Of a stretch of 44,166 bases of DNA, positions 1 to 10,268 are shown piece after piece. Position 1 is the first letter of the stretch; the number at the start of each line of letters is the position of its first letter. The stretch lies in the NCBI GenBank assembly GCA_963726245.1, contig CAVSBT010000001.1:1-44166 (forward strand), written 5' to 3'. Below the pieces are notes generated by a model. The model saw only the letters and a list, made by a program, of their open reading frames with translations. It was not told the DNA's origin and did not search any database. A program made the translations under genes and the position numbers. The DNA is from an uncultured Chloroflexia bacterium. GTDB lineage: Bacteria > Chloroflexota > Dehalococcoidia > DSTF01 > JALHUB01.

Positions 1-92
1 TGAAGGTGGTGCTCCCTCAGGAGCTGTCGCCTGAGCAACGAGAGCTGTTCGAGAAGCTGAGAGCTGTGCAGAAAGCGGGTCCGAAGTCGTGA
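1..92 (+). CDS. dnaJ: 3' end of a DnaJ/CbpA-family co-chaperone (partial)
   Basis: Frame from nt 3 reads [29 protein letters not shown], a typical DnaJ C-terminus. It lies upstream of hspR and clp, and its stop overlaps the next GTG start (GTGA at 89-92). Confidence 0.7.
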   Translation, partial: KVVLPQELSPEQRELFEKLRAVQKAGPKS

Positions 93-958
93 CGGGGCCA
101 GCGGACGAGGGCAAGGCCCTGGACGCCTACTCCCAGGCGGTGAGCAGCGCCGCCGAGCGGGTGGGCCCGGCGGTGGTCAAGGTGGAAACCAGGCGGGCGG
201 CGGAAGCGGCGTCATCTTCGACTCCAACGGCCGCATCCTCACCAACGAGCACGTGGTGCGGGGCCGCGTCCAGGTGCAGGTGACCCTCGCGGACGGCCGG
301 CGCCTCCCCGCGACCGTCACCGGCGCCGACCCGCGGCTGGACACCGCGGTGCTCAGGGTCGCCGCCAAGAACCTGCCCGTCGCCGAGCTGCACAGCGGCC
401 CGCCTGAAGGTGGGCCAGTTGGTGGTGGCCATCGGCAACCCCTACGGCCTGAGCTGGACGGTCACGGCCGGCGTGGTGAGCGCCCTGGGGCGGGAGCTGC
501 CCATCGGAGACGGTCTCGCCCTGCGCGACCTCATCCAGACGGACGTGCCCATCAACCCCGGCAACTCGGGCGGGCCGCTGGTGGACGCTCAGGGGCGGGT
601 TATCGGCATCACCACCGCCATCATACCCTTCGCCCGTGGGGTCGGCTTCGCGGTGCCGGTGAGCAGCGTCCTGGCCGCCCTGGCCCGCTTCGACGAGATG
701 CGTCCACCGCAACGGGCGAACGCTGGGCATCGTCGCCGCCCCGGCCGAGGGCGGCGTGCTGGTGCTGGAGGTGGAGCCCGATTCGCCGGCGGAGCGCGCC
801 AGCCTGCGGGCCCAGGACGTGATCGTCGCCCTGGACGGCCGGCGGGTGGCGAACGCCGCCCAGATCACCGAGGCGCTGGGGCGGTGCGGCCCGGCCGGAC
901 GGTGGAGGTGGCGTTCCTGCGCCAGGGACGCCGGGGCAAGACGACGGTGGTGCTATAG
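89..958 (+). CDS. HtrA/DegP-like trypsin serine protease with PDZ domain (several frameshifts)
   Basis: Pieces in successive frames give ILTNEHVV (His), DTAVLRV (Asp), [25 protein letters not shown] (Ser) and PDZ-like [26 protein letters not shown]. Confidence 0.85.
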
Positions 959-964
959 GAACCA

Positions 965-1014
965 GGAACTGGGAACTGGGAACTCGGCCTCCCCACTTCC
1001 CAGTTCCGAGTTCC
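965..1014. repeat. Inverted heptamer repeat hairpin (GGGAACT)n / (AGTTCC)n
   Basis: ggaactgggaactgggaactcgg...ttcccagttccgagttcc between htrA and hspR. Confidence 0.7.
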
Positions 1015-1026
1015 GCGAGGGTGAAG

Positions 1027-1384
1027 ATGGCTAACGAATTTGAGCTACCGGAGGACGAGCCCTGCTACGTGATCAGCGTGGCGGCGCGCATGGTGGGCAT
1101 GCACGCCCAGACTCTGCGCTACTACGAGCGCGCCGGCCTCCTCAGGCCCTCGCGCTCGCGGGGCAGGATACGGCTCTACTCGCGTGGCCGACATCAACCG
1201 CCTGCGCCAGATCCAGCGCCTGATCGCCGACCTGGGCGTCAACCTGGCCGGCGCGGAAGTGATACTGCGCATGGGCGAGCGCATCGAGCAGTTGCAGCAG
1301 GAGATGGACGAGCTGCGACGGGAGTTGCAGCGGCTCCGCGACCGCCGCCTGCCGGCGCCTCGAGAGGAGGCGGAGACCTCGTGA
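1027..1384 (+). CDS. hspR: HspR-like MerR-family heat-shock repressor (one frameshift near 1185)
   Basis: [44 protein letters not shown] continues in another frame as [29 protein letters not shown]. Context is dnaJ/clp. Confidence 0.85.
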
Positions 1385-2061
1385 GCCGGAGCGAGGCCCA
1401 GGGCTGGGACGAGATCTGGCAGCAGTGGGGCAGCGTCTGGGAGGGCCGCGCGCCCGAGCAGGCCGTCCTGGACCTGGCGGCCCGACTCAAGGCTGAGGGG
1501 CGCCGTCGCGTCCACGACCTGGGCTGCGGCCCCGGCCGCCACCTGCTGTTCCTGGCCGCCGAGGGCTTCGAGGCCTCCGGCTCCGACTTCTCGCCGGCGG
1601 CGGTCGATACGTGCCGGAGGCGGCTAGAGGAGGCCGGGCTGTCGGCGCGGGTGACGCTGGCCGACATGACGGCCCTGCCGGAGGAGGACGGGTCGCTGGA
1701 CGCCGTCGTCGCCTGGGACGTGGTCTACCACGGCACGCTGGACACCATCCGGCGCACGGTGTCGGGGGTGCGGCGCAAGCTGGCGCCGGGCGGCTACTTC
1801 CTGGTGACGTTCAACCCGGTGGAGCACGACGGCTGCCGGCGGGCCCGCGAGGCGGCGGCCCGCGGCGAGGCGGAGGAGTTGGAGCCGGACACCTTCGTGG
1901 TGCCGGGCGACGCCTTCGACAAGTCGGTGCCCCACCACTACACGACGGAGCGGGAGATACGGGAGCGGCTCATGGACGGCTTCCGCATCCTCTCGCTGAC
2001 GGCGGTGCAGGGCAAGGCCACGGCGGACGGCAGCCCGGCCGTCAAGTACCAACGCTGGTGA
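1381..2061 (+). CDS. Class I SAM-dependent methyltransferase
   Basis: GTG at 1381 overlaps the hspR stop. Motif [12 protein letters not shown], then [16 protein letters not shown] and [12 protein letters not shown]. The 3' end may be clipped. Confidence 0.8.
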   Translation: MSRSEAQGWDEIWQQWGSVWEGRAPEQAVLDLAARLKAEGRRRVHDLGCGPGRHLLFLAAEGFEASGSDFSPAAVDTCRRRLEEAGLSARVTLADMTALPEEDGSLDAVVAWDVVYHGTLDTIRRTVSGVRRKLAPGGYFLVTFNPVEHDGCRRAREAAARGEAEELEPDTFVVPGDAFDKSVPHHYTTEREIRERLMDGFRILSLTAVQGKATADGSPAVKYQRW

Positions 2062-2081
2062 GGCGGTGATGTGGACTCGAC

Positions 2082-3000
2082 TTGCTCTTTACGGTGCACG
2101 TCACTCACGACTGCTGCGCGGTGAACGTGGAGGGAGTACCCGCCACCGTCGCTTTGAGAGGTCCGCAGGACAGACCTGGATACGCGGCTGAGGCTAGGGG
2201 TCGGAGACTTCGACCTTGCCGAGGACCGGTTTGGATGGGCGGCATACTCGGAAGTGATGGTTCGAGTACCTGCCCGCCACCTCACAGAGGCACCACCTGA
2301 TTTGTCGGACGAAGAGTACGCCGTGGAGATAGCGGTGGACGCGACGAACGACTTCATAGAAAGGTATCGCGAGGTGACGGGCCAAAACTGGATACGCCGT
2401 GCTTCGGCGCGTGAGGTGTGGGGCGTATGACGTGTCGGGAGAGCAAGGCATGGAGGTACGGCCCGTACGGAGTTTCCGCCGGCTCCATCAGGTGACGCCG
2501 CGCGTGAAGGCGCTGAACGGCGACGTGGAGGCACTGGTGAGGCGGCGTGTCGAGGAGGGAGCCAAGCTTGACCCAGCGCGGCAACTGCTGCTGGACGAAC
2601 AAGACGCGATGTCCGACGTCAGTCCTCGGCTCGCCGTAATCCTTGGAGAGGTTGCCGTCGAGCAGAGAGTGTCAAGCCGTCCTAAGCGGGAGATCGGCAA
2701 CCGGCGGTTGGAACTAGCAGCAGTCAAGCTTGCGCTAGACGCTGAGCACAACTTCAGGGTCAACGTGCCCTGAGGCGCGAGGAGTCTTGGAGCGAGCCGC
2801 CTCGATGCCAAGCTGACATAGGGCCTTCGGAGCGTACAGGGACGTACCCCTGAGGAAGAACTGCCTCTGGTACGATGGGACTGTGCTAGCGCCCTAAGGA
2901 ATCATGCGTGCATCCGGTTACGTGCCTTCTCTGGGGAGACAAGGCGCGCTCTCGCGACTAAGAGCGCATACACTTAGAGTTTCTCGAACTCGGGAACAGG
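2082..3000 (+). pseudogene. Fragmented hypothetical gene with HEPN-like features (ends approximate)
   Basis: AT-richer segment. Protein-like pieces in shifting frames: AVDATNDFIERYREVTGQNWIRR, ARQLLLDEQDA..PRLAVILGEVAVE, and ALRN-x-CVH at 2891-2913 (needs one added base). Confidence 0.4.
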
Positions 3001-3091
3001 CGACGAGAAGCAAGCAGAAACCGTTGGGGAGTCGGTCTGGTCATTTGAACAAGCGTTTGGGCGGCCACCCAGCGCAAGGCTGCGGCGCCTC

Positions 3092-3863
3092 ATGAGACGC
3101 ATACTTCCTGTGTTGCAGACATCTTTGACCTCGGGCACATCAAGAACCATCCGATCTCAATGCACGACAGGGTGGGCGTCCGGGTCGAGCCGTGGGACGG
3201 AGCGCTGCGTGTTTGGCTGGACCCAAAGGCATCAGGCGATGTCCGCGAGTTCTATGTGGCGCAATACTGGTCTACCTCTCTAAAGGAGGCGGGCTACCCG
3301 AGGGCATATGCGCGCCCGTCTTCCCCACCGACCAACGTTCTGGGCACTGGTGGCCGACAACCTCGAGAGGCTGATGCTGGGGCTGGCAACCATTTCGCGG
3401 CTTCTGCGGTTAGGTTATCGGACAGAACTTCGAAGCGACGCCTCCCGACTTGCTAGAGCATGTTGTGCAGCGGCTGAAAAGCCAGGACTTTCGAGCACCC
3501 GCTGATTTCGAGCTTAGAACCTTCAGCTTACCTATGGAAGCGGTGGCGCTCTGGTTCCGCTTGGAGTCAGATGATCAGCGCGATCAGTTCATGCGGGCGT
3601 TCGAGGCGGCTGCTCCCCTGAGTGCTGCATCGGCCAGACATCTTCTGACAATCATACGCAAATCCGGGTTCCGGACGCAGGCTCGATGTGGAAGGACTAT
3701 GGCTGCATGTCGCCGTGCATTTCCGCCGATGGTTGACGCGGTGCTCATCGATGATCCCCTGGGGAGAAGAACCCACTACGGGTCAAAAGGCTGGGTTCAC
3801 TACCCGCAACACCCAGGGGCGGGGCCGGGCGAGCGGGGCGGAGGACGGAGCGGCGAGACGTGA
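3092..3863 (+). CDS. Hypothetical protein, frameshifted (4 fragments)
   Basis: Overlapping ORFs 3092/3160/3308/3450 each carry protein-like stretches that chain end to end. AT-richer codon usage, no family recognised. Confidence 0.4.
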
Positions 3864-3871
3864 ATAAGAGA

Positions 3872-3930
3872 CCTGCGGGTTGAAACCCGCAGCTTCGGGA
3901 ATCGAGAAGCTGCCGGTTTCAACCGGCAGG
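3872..3930. repeat. Inverted pair of GAAG-tagged REP-like palindromes
   Basis: cctgcgggttgaaacccgcagcttc and gaagctgccggtttcaaccggcagg, which differ by a compensatory base pair. Confidence 0.8.
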
Positions 3931-3959
3931 GTGGAGCCAGCGAGACATTGCGTTAGCCC

Positions 3960-4022
3960 TGTCATTCTGAGCGCAGCGAAGAATCCGGTCCGGCCGGACC
4001 CTTCGCTTCGCTCAGGGTGACA
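3960..4022. repeat. TGTC-tagged palindromic repeat pair (gene-less copy of the GIY-YIG-flanking arms)
   Basis: tgtcattctgagcgcagcgaagaatcc...ggacccttcgcttcgctcagggtgaca. The left arm matches 40050-40075. Confidence 0.9.
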
Positions 4023-4036
4023 GAACAACGGTCGGC

Positions 4037-4062
4037 GGACGGAGCTGAAGCTCCGTCCCTAC
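4037..4062 (-). repeat. GTAG-tagged REP
   Basis: Minus strand gtagggacggagcttcagctccgtcc, related to 12128-12176. Confidence 0.75.
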
Positions 4063-4095
4063 GGCCCCAACGAAAAGTCTCGAGGTGTATTCGCC

Positions 4096-6535
4096 ATGAT
4101 GAGACAAGATAGGTTCACGGAGCAGGCCCAGGAGGTGCTGGCCGCCAGCCAGCAGCTCGTGCGCGAGCAGCGGCACAGCCAGTGGGACGTGGAGCACGTC
4201 CTCCTCGCCCTCCTCCAGCACCCGCGGCCTGCCCCAGCAGATCTTCGAGAAGCTGGGCGTCGACGTGCCCAAGCTGCGCGACCGCGTCGCCCAGCACCTG
4301 GCCCGCTCGCCCAGGCTGGAGTACGACGTGGTGCAGATCTACACCACGCCGCGCATCGTCAAGATGCTGGAGACGGCCAACGCCGAGGCCGAGCGCCTGA
4401 AGGACGAGTACGTGGGCGTCGAGCACCTCCTCGTCGCCATCGCCGACGAGCGGGAGGGGGAGTCGGCCCGCATCCTCCAGCGAGTTCAACATCGACAAGG
4501 AGCGCATCTACCGCGTGCTGGAGGAGATACGCGGCGGCGCCCGCGTCGATAGCCCCACGGCGGAGAGCAAGTACCGCGCCCTGGAGCAAGTACAGCCATC
4601 GACCTGACGGAGTACGCCCGCCAGGGCAAGCTGGACCCCGTCGTCGGCCGCGACGACGGAGATCAAGCGCGTCATGCAGGTCCTCAACCGGCGCACCAAG
4701 AACAACCCCGTCATCATCGGCGAGACGGGCGTCGGCAAGACGGCCATCGTCGAGGGGCTGGCCCAGAAGATCGTGGCCGGCGACGTGCCCGAGAACCTGA
4801 AGAACAAGCGGGTGCTGGCCCTGGACATGGGGGCGATGGTCGCCGGCAGCAAGTTCCGGGGCGAGTTCGAGGAGCGGCTCCAGGCCGTCATGCGACGAGA
4901 TCCGCGAGGCCCAGGGCGAGGTCATCCTCTTCATCGACGAGGTGCACCAGGTGGTGGGCGCCGGCGCCGCCGAGGGCGCCATCGACGCCTCGCACCATGA
5001 TGAAGCCGGCGCTGGCCCGGGGCGAGCTCCAGGCCGTGGGCGCCTGCACCCTGGACGACTACCGCAAGTACATCGAGAAGGACCCGGCCCTGGAGCGCCG
5101 CTTCGCCCCCGTCTACGTCGATGAGCCCAGCGCCGAGGAGGCGCTGGAGATGGTGAAGGCGCTGCGGCCCCGCTTCGAGGCCCACCACAAGGTGCAGATC
5201 TCCGACGCCGCCCTGGAGGCGGCCGTGCGCCTCTCGGACCGCTACCTCACCGAGCGCCACCTGCCCGACAAGGCCATCGACCTCATCGACGAGGCGGCCA
5301 GCAAGCACGTCATCGAGGCCCAGAGCATGACGCCGGAGCTGCGGGAGATGAAGAGCCGGCTCGATGAGCTGAACCGCGAGACGGAGGCGGCCGCCCAGCG
5401 CCAGGACTACGAGGCGGCGGCCCGCATCCGCACGGAGGTCGTCCAGATTCAGCAGGAGTACGAGGCCAGCAAGGCCCAGTGGGAGAAAGAGGAGAAGATC
5501 GACACCGAGGTCACCGAGGCGGACATCGCCGAGCTGGTGTCGTCGATGACGGGCATCCCCGTCTCCCGCATGCTGGAGGGCGAGGCCGAGAAGCTCCTGC
5601 ACATGGAGGAGCGCCTGCACGAGCGCGTCATCGGGCAGGACGCGGCCATCGCCGCCCTGTCCGACGCCATCCGGCGCGCCCGGGCCGGCCTCAAGGACCC
5701 GCGCCGGCCCATCGGCAGCTTCATCTTCCTGGGGCCCACCGGCGTCGGCAAGACGGAGCTGGCCAAGGCCCTGGCCGAGTTCCTCTTCGACGACGAGGAC
5801 GCCATGGTGCGCCTGGACATGTCGGAGTACGGGGAGAGGCACACCGTCTCGCGCATGGTGGGCGCGCCGCCGGGCTACGTGGGCTACGACGAGGGCGGCA
5901 GCCTCACGGAGGCGGTGCGCCGGCGCCCCTACCGCGTCGTCCTCTTCGACGAGATCGAGAAGGCGCACCCGGAGGTGCTGAACATCCTCCTCCAGATCAT
6001 GGAGGACGGCCGCCTGACGGACGGCCACGGGCGGACGGTGGACTTCCGCAACACCGTCGTCATCATGACCAGCAACCTGGGCACCAGCTCGGAGGCGCGG
6101 GGGACCTTCGGCTTCGTGACCAGCCGGACGGCCAGCCGCTCGGAGCGGGAGAAGCTGCGGGAGAACGTGGAGCACGCCCTGAAGCAGCACTTCCGGCCCG
6201 AGTTCCTGAACCGCGTCGATGAGGTGATCATCTTCGAGCCGCTGACGGAGGCGGAGCTGGAGCAGATCGTCGAGCTGATGCTGAACGAGGTGCGGAAGCG
6301 CCTGGCCGAGCACCACGTCGAGCTGGAGCTGACGGAGGCGGCGAAGACGGCGCTGGTGAAGGAGGGCTTCGACCCCGTGTTCGGGGCGCGGCCCCTGCGG
6401 CGGACGGTGACGCGGGAGGTGGAGAACCCGCTATCGAAGCGCATCCTGGCCGGCGAGTTCCACGAGGGCGACACCGTCGTCGTGGACCGGCCGGAGGGCG
6501 AGGAGGGCTACACCTTCGATGATGAGACAGGATAG
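4096..6535 (+). CDS. clpC: ATP-dependent Clp ATPase (ClpC-like architecture), copy 1; frameshifted and lacking the native last ~11 residues
   Basis: Clp-N repeats, Walker A GETGVGKT and GPTGVGKT, short UVR-like middle domain ([10 protein letters not shown]), FGF loop. Runs straight into the ATG of copy 2. Confidence 0.8.
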
Positions 6536-8973
6536 GTTCACGGAGCAGGCCCAGGAGGTGCTGGCGGCCAGCCAGCAGCTCGTGCGCGAGCAGCGGCACA
6601 GCCAGTGGGACGTGGAGCACGTCCTCCTCGCCCTGCTCCAGCACCCCGGCCTGCCGCAGCAGATCTTCGAGAAGCTGGGCGTCGACGTGCCCAAGCTGCG
6701 CGACCGCGTCGCCCAGCACCTGGCCCGCGCGCCAAAGCTGGAGTACGACGTGGTGCAGATCTACACGACGCCGCGCATCGTCAAGATGCTGGAGACGGCG
6801 AACGCCGAGGCCGAGCGCCTCAAGGACGAGTACGTGGGCGTCGAGCACATCCTCGTCGCCATCGCCGACGAGCGCGAGGGGGAGTCGGCCCGCATCCTCC
6901 GCGAGTTCAACATCGACAAGGAGCGCATCTACCGTGTGCTCGAGGAGATACGCGGCGGCGCCCGCGTCGACAGCCCGACGGCGGAGAGCAAGTACCGAGC
7001 CCTCGAGAAGTACAGCCACGACCTGACGGAGTACGCCCGCCAGGGCAAGCTGGACCCCGTGGTCGGCCGCGACGCCGAGATCAAGCGCGTCATGCAGGTC
7101 CTCAACCGGCGCACCAAGAACAACCCGGTCATCATCGGCGAGGCGGGCGTCGGCAAGACGGCCATCGTCGAGGGGCTGGCGCAGAAGATCGTGGCCGGCG
7201 ACGTGCCGGAGAACCTCAAGGACAAGCGGGTGCTGGCCCTGGACATGGGCGCGATGGTCGCCGGCAGCAAGTTCCGCGGCGAGTTCGAGGAGCGGCTCCA
7301 GGCCGTCATGCGCGAGATCCGCGAGGCCGAGGGTGAGGTCATCCTCTTCATCGACGAGGTGCACCAGGTGGTGGGCGCCGGCGCCGCCGAGGGCGCCATC
7401 GACGCCTCGCACCATGATGAAGCCGGCGCTGGCCCGCGGCGAGCTCCAGGCCGTGGGCGCCTGCACCCTGGACGACTACCGCAAGTACATCGAGAAGGAC
7501 GCGGCCCTGGAGCGCCGCTTCGCGCCCGTGTACGTCGATGAGCCCGGCGCCGAGGAGGCGCTGGAGATGGTGAAGGCGCTGCGGCCCCGCTTCGAGGCGC
7601 ACCACAAGGTGCAGATCTCCGACGCCGCCCTGGAGGCGGCCGTGCGCCTCTCGGACCGCTACATCACCGACCGGCACCTGCCCGACAAGGCCATCGACCT
7701 CATCGACGAGGCGGCGAGCAAGCACGTCATCGAGGCCCAGAGCATGACGCCGGAGCTGCGCGAGATGAAGAACCGGCTCGATGAGCTGAACCGCGAGACG
7801 GAGGCGGCCGCCCAGCGCCAGGACTACGAGGCGGCGGCCCGCATCCGCACGGAGGTCCTCCAGATTCAGCAGGAGTACGAGGCCGGCAAGGCCCAGTGGG
7901 AGCAAGAGGAGAAGATCGACACCGAGGTCACCGAGGCGGACATCGCCGAGCTGATCTCGTCGATGACGGGCATCCCCGTCTCCCGCATGCTGGAAGGCGA
8001 GGCGGAGAAGCTCCTGCACATGGAGGAGCGCCTGCACGAGCGCGTCATCGGGCAGGACGCGGCCATCACCGCCCTGTCGGACGCCATCCGGCGCGCGCGG
8101 GCCGGCCTCAAGGACCCGCGGCGGCCCATCGGCAGCTTCATCTTCCTGGGGCCCACCGGCGTCGGCAAGACGGAGCTGGCCAAGGCCCTGGCCGAGTTCC
8201 TCTTCGACGACGAGGACGCCATGGTGCGCCTCGACATGTCGGAGTATGGGGAGAGGCACACCGTCTCGCGCATGGTGGGCGCGCCGCCGGGCTACGTCGG
8301 CTACGACGAGGGCGGCAGCCTCACGGAGGCGGTGCGCCGGCGCCCCTACCGCGTCGTCCTCTTCGACGAGATCGAGAAGGCGCACCCGGAGGTGCTGAAC
8401 GCCCTCCTCCAGATCATGGAGGACGGCCGCCTGACGGACGGCCACGGGCGGACGGTGGACTTCCGCAACACCGTCGTCATCATGACCAGCAACCTGGGCA
8501 CCAGCTCCGAGGCGCGGGGGACCTTCGGGTTCGTCACCAGCCGGACGGCCAGCCGCTCGGAGCGGGAGAAGCAGCGCGAGAACATCGAGGGGGCCCTGAA
8601 GCAGCACTTCCGGCCCGAGTTCCTGAACCGTGTCGACGAGGTGATCATCTTCGAGCCGCTGACGGAGGCGGAGCTGATGCAGATCGTCGAGCTGATGCTG
8701 GACGAGGTGCGGAAGCGGCTGGCCGAGCACCACGTCGAGCTGGAGCTGACGGAGTCGGCGAAGACGGCGCTGGTGAAGGAGGGCTTCGACCCGGTGTTCG
8801 GGGCGAGGCCGCTGCGACGGACGGTGACGCGGGAGATCGAGAACCCGCTATCGAAGCGCATCCTGGCCGGCGAGTTCCACGAGGGCGACACCGTCGCCGT
8901 GGACCGGCCGGAGGGCGAGGAGGGCTACACCTTCGCCCACAAGGAGAAGGTGGCGGCAGCGGCGGCGTCATGA
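6519..8973 (+). CDS. clpC: ATP-dependent Clp ATPase (ClpC-like architecture), copy 2; one frameshift near 7409
   Basis: Full length, about 818 codons. [45 protein letters not shown] loop, GARPLRR. Confidence 0.9.
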
Positions 8974-8978
8974 CGGCC

Positions 8979-9003
8979 GTAGGGGGCACCTTTAGGTGCG
9001 CCC
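8979..9003 (+). repeat. GTAG-tagged REP
   Basis: gtagggggcacctttaggtgcgccc just after the clpC stop. Confidence 0.7.
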
Positions 9004-9064
9004 GCACCGCCCACGGCTGACAAGGTGCTGATGTGTTCAGGCCCCGCCCGAAAGAGGGACTGCG

Positions 9065-9934
9065 ATGAGCGAACTCTACGATCGTGTTCGGCGCTTCGGG
9101 GACGAAGTCTACGACCGGAGTCGTGGTGCCTTCCTTGCAGAACGCCTCGCCTTTGGGCAACAGATGGAGTTGATTCTCGAGCCTCTCGAGTCAGCGGTGC
9201 CCAGCTGGCATCACGACCGGATCAAGTCGTGTGTGATGATACTTCTGAGCCGCATGTTCAATGACTTCGAGGCCGCACAACAGTTGATCTTGCGCGGTTT
9301 GCCGGAGCAGGCTGTCAATGCGATGAGAGACGGCATTGAATGCATGATGGTAATCCGCTTGTTTGAAGCCGAACCCAAGACGGCGCTCCGCTGGATGAAC
9401 GATCTCAAGCAGTACAGCGCTGGGAATTGCAAGGCGCTGCTGGACGAACGGGAGATCGAGTGTCCGGAATATGCGTTCTACTCATCCATGAGTCAGCTTG
9501 CCCACCCCAATATCTTCTCGTCCGTTGCCCACGTCGACGAGGTGGAAACCGAAAAGGGTGTTATCTGGACCTACAGGTTCGGCGGAATGTGGCACCACCG
9601 ATGGTTGCAGTTGGCCTTCCACAATTTGCTTTGCGTCGTTCAATTGGCTCTGGTTGCCCTCCTACCGCCGCTGTACGCGCCGGCAATGGAGGACCCGTTG
9701 GGCTGGTGGCACAGGGTCGGCGACTTGGTGACCACATTGGAACAACTTGGGGTCGAGATCGAGGGACAGCGTCCAGACACCTCCGCAGCAGACCCGCGGA
9801 TTCTGCAGAAACTGGGGCGGCCAATCCGCATCCACTCAAGGCTGCTTCCCGAACTGCACCAAGACATAAAACTGTCAACAGGTCTCGGCCTCAGGAAGAG
9901 GAGGCGGCGTGCAGACCCCGGGCCCAGACCATAG
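9065..9934 (+). CDS. Hypothetical protein, DUF5677-like
   Basis: Intact 289-aa ORF with AT-richer codons. AMRDGIEC and YSSMSQLAHPN resemble the R..E and Y..S...H pattern of DUF5677-type helical proteins. Confidence 0.6.
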   Translation: MSELYDRVRRFGDEVYDRSRGAFLAERLAFGQQMELILEPLESAVPSWHHDRIKSCVMILLSRMFNDFEAAQQLILRGLPEQAVNAMRDGIECMMVIRLFEAEPKTALRWMNDLKQYSAGNCKALLDEREIECPEYAFYSSMSQLAHPNIFSSVAHVDEVETEKGVIWTYRFGGMWHHRWLQLAFHNLLCVVQLALVALLPPLYAPAMEDPLGWWHRVGDLVTTLEQLGVEIEGQRPDTSAADPRILQKLGRPIRIHSRLLPELHQDIKLSTGLGLRKRRRRADPGPRP

Positions 9935-10025
9935 CCGCTCGCTGCGGCTCCCCCCGGCGGTGTCCCTCTCTGGAGGCGAGTCGCCTTTGGAGACGGCCGG
10001 TTCGCCCTAGAAAGGTAAAGCGAAC

Positions 10026-10262
10026 ATGGCACAGTGGGAATATCGCGTGGTGTATGTGGACCCCCGAGGACGCATATCCTGGGAGGGTTCCGAGTTCATC
10101 CGACAGAGCGGTGAGCACCGCACGGCTTTCATGCGTCGCTACCTGGAGACCCTGGGCAGCGAGGGCTGGGAGCTGGCCGGCATTCACCCCCTGGTTCGGA
10201 TGGAAGCCAGCTACTTCATTTTGAAGCGGCCCCTTGACAGAGGCCGCCGAGAAGAAGGTTAG
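10026..10262 (+). CDS. DUF4177 family protein
   Basis: MAQWEYRVV...LETLGSEGWELAG...YFILKRP is the characteristic DUF4177 pattern. Confidence 0.8.
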   Translation: MAQWEYRVVYVDPRGRISWEGSEFIRQSGEHRTAFMRRYLETLGSEGWELAGIHPLVRMEASYFILKRPLDRGRREEG

Positions 10263-10268
10263 TTAGCT

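Noticed and set aside
1021-2061. HspR-methyltransferase fusion (346-aa ORF)
   Set aside because: Produced by a frameshift near 1185. HspR ends at 1384 and the methyltransferase has its own overlapping GTG.
3872-4062. CRISPR array
   Set aside because: The palindromes differ from each other and lack regular repeat-spacer periodicity. No cas genes.
4931-8733. Long antisense ORFs (461 aa and 412 aa) and similar ones elsewhere
   Set aside because: Shadow ORFs of GC-rich coding strands, with no motifs.
4096-8973. Diversity-generating retroelement (template/variable repeat) explanation for the clpC and proA duplicates
   Set aside because: Differences are mostly C/G third-position changes, not adenine-specific. 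The repeats are gene-sized and no reverse transcriptase is present.
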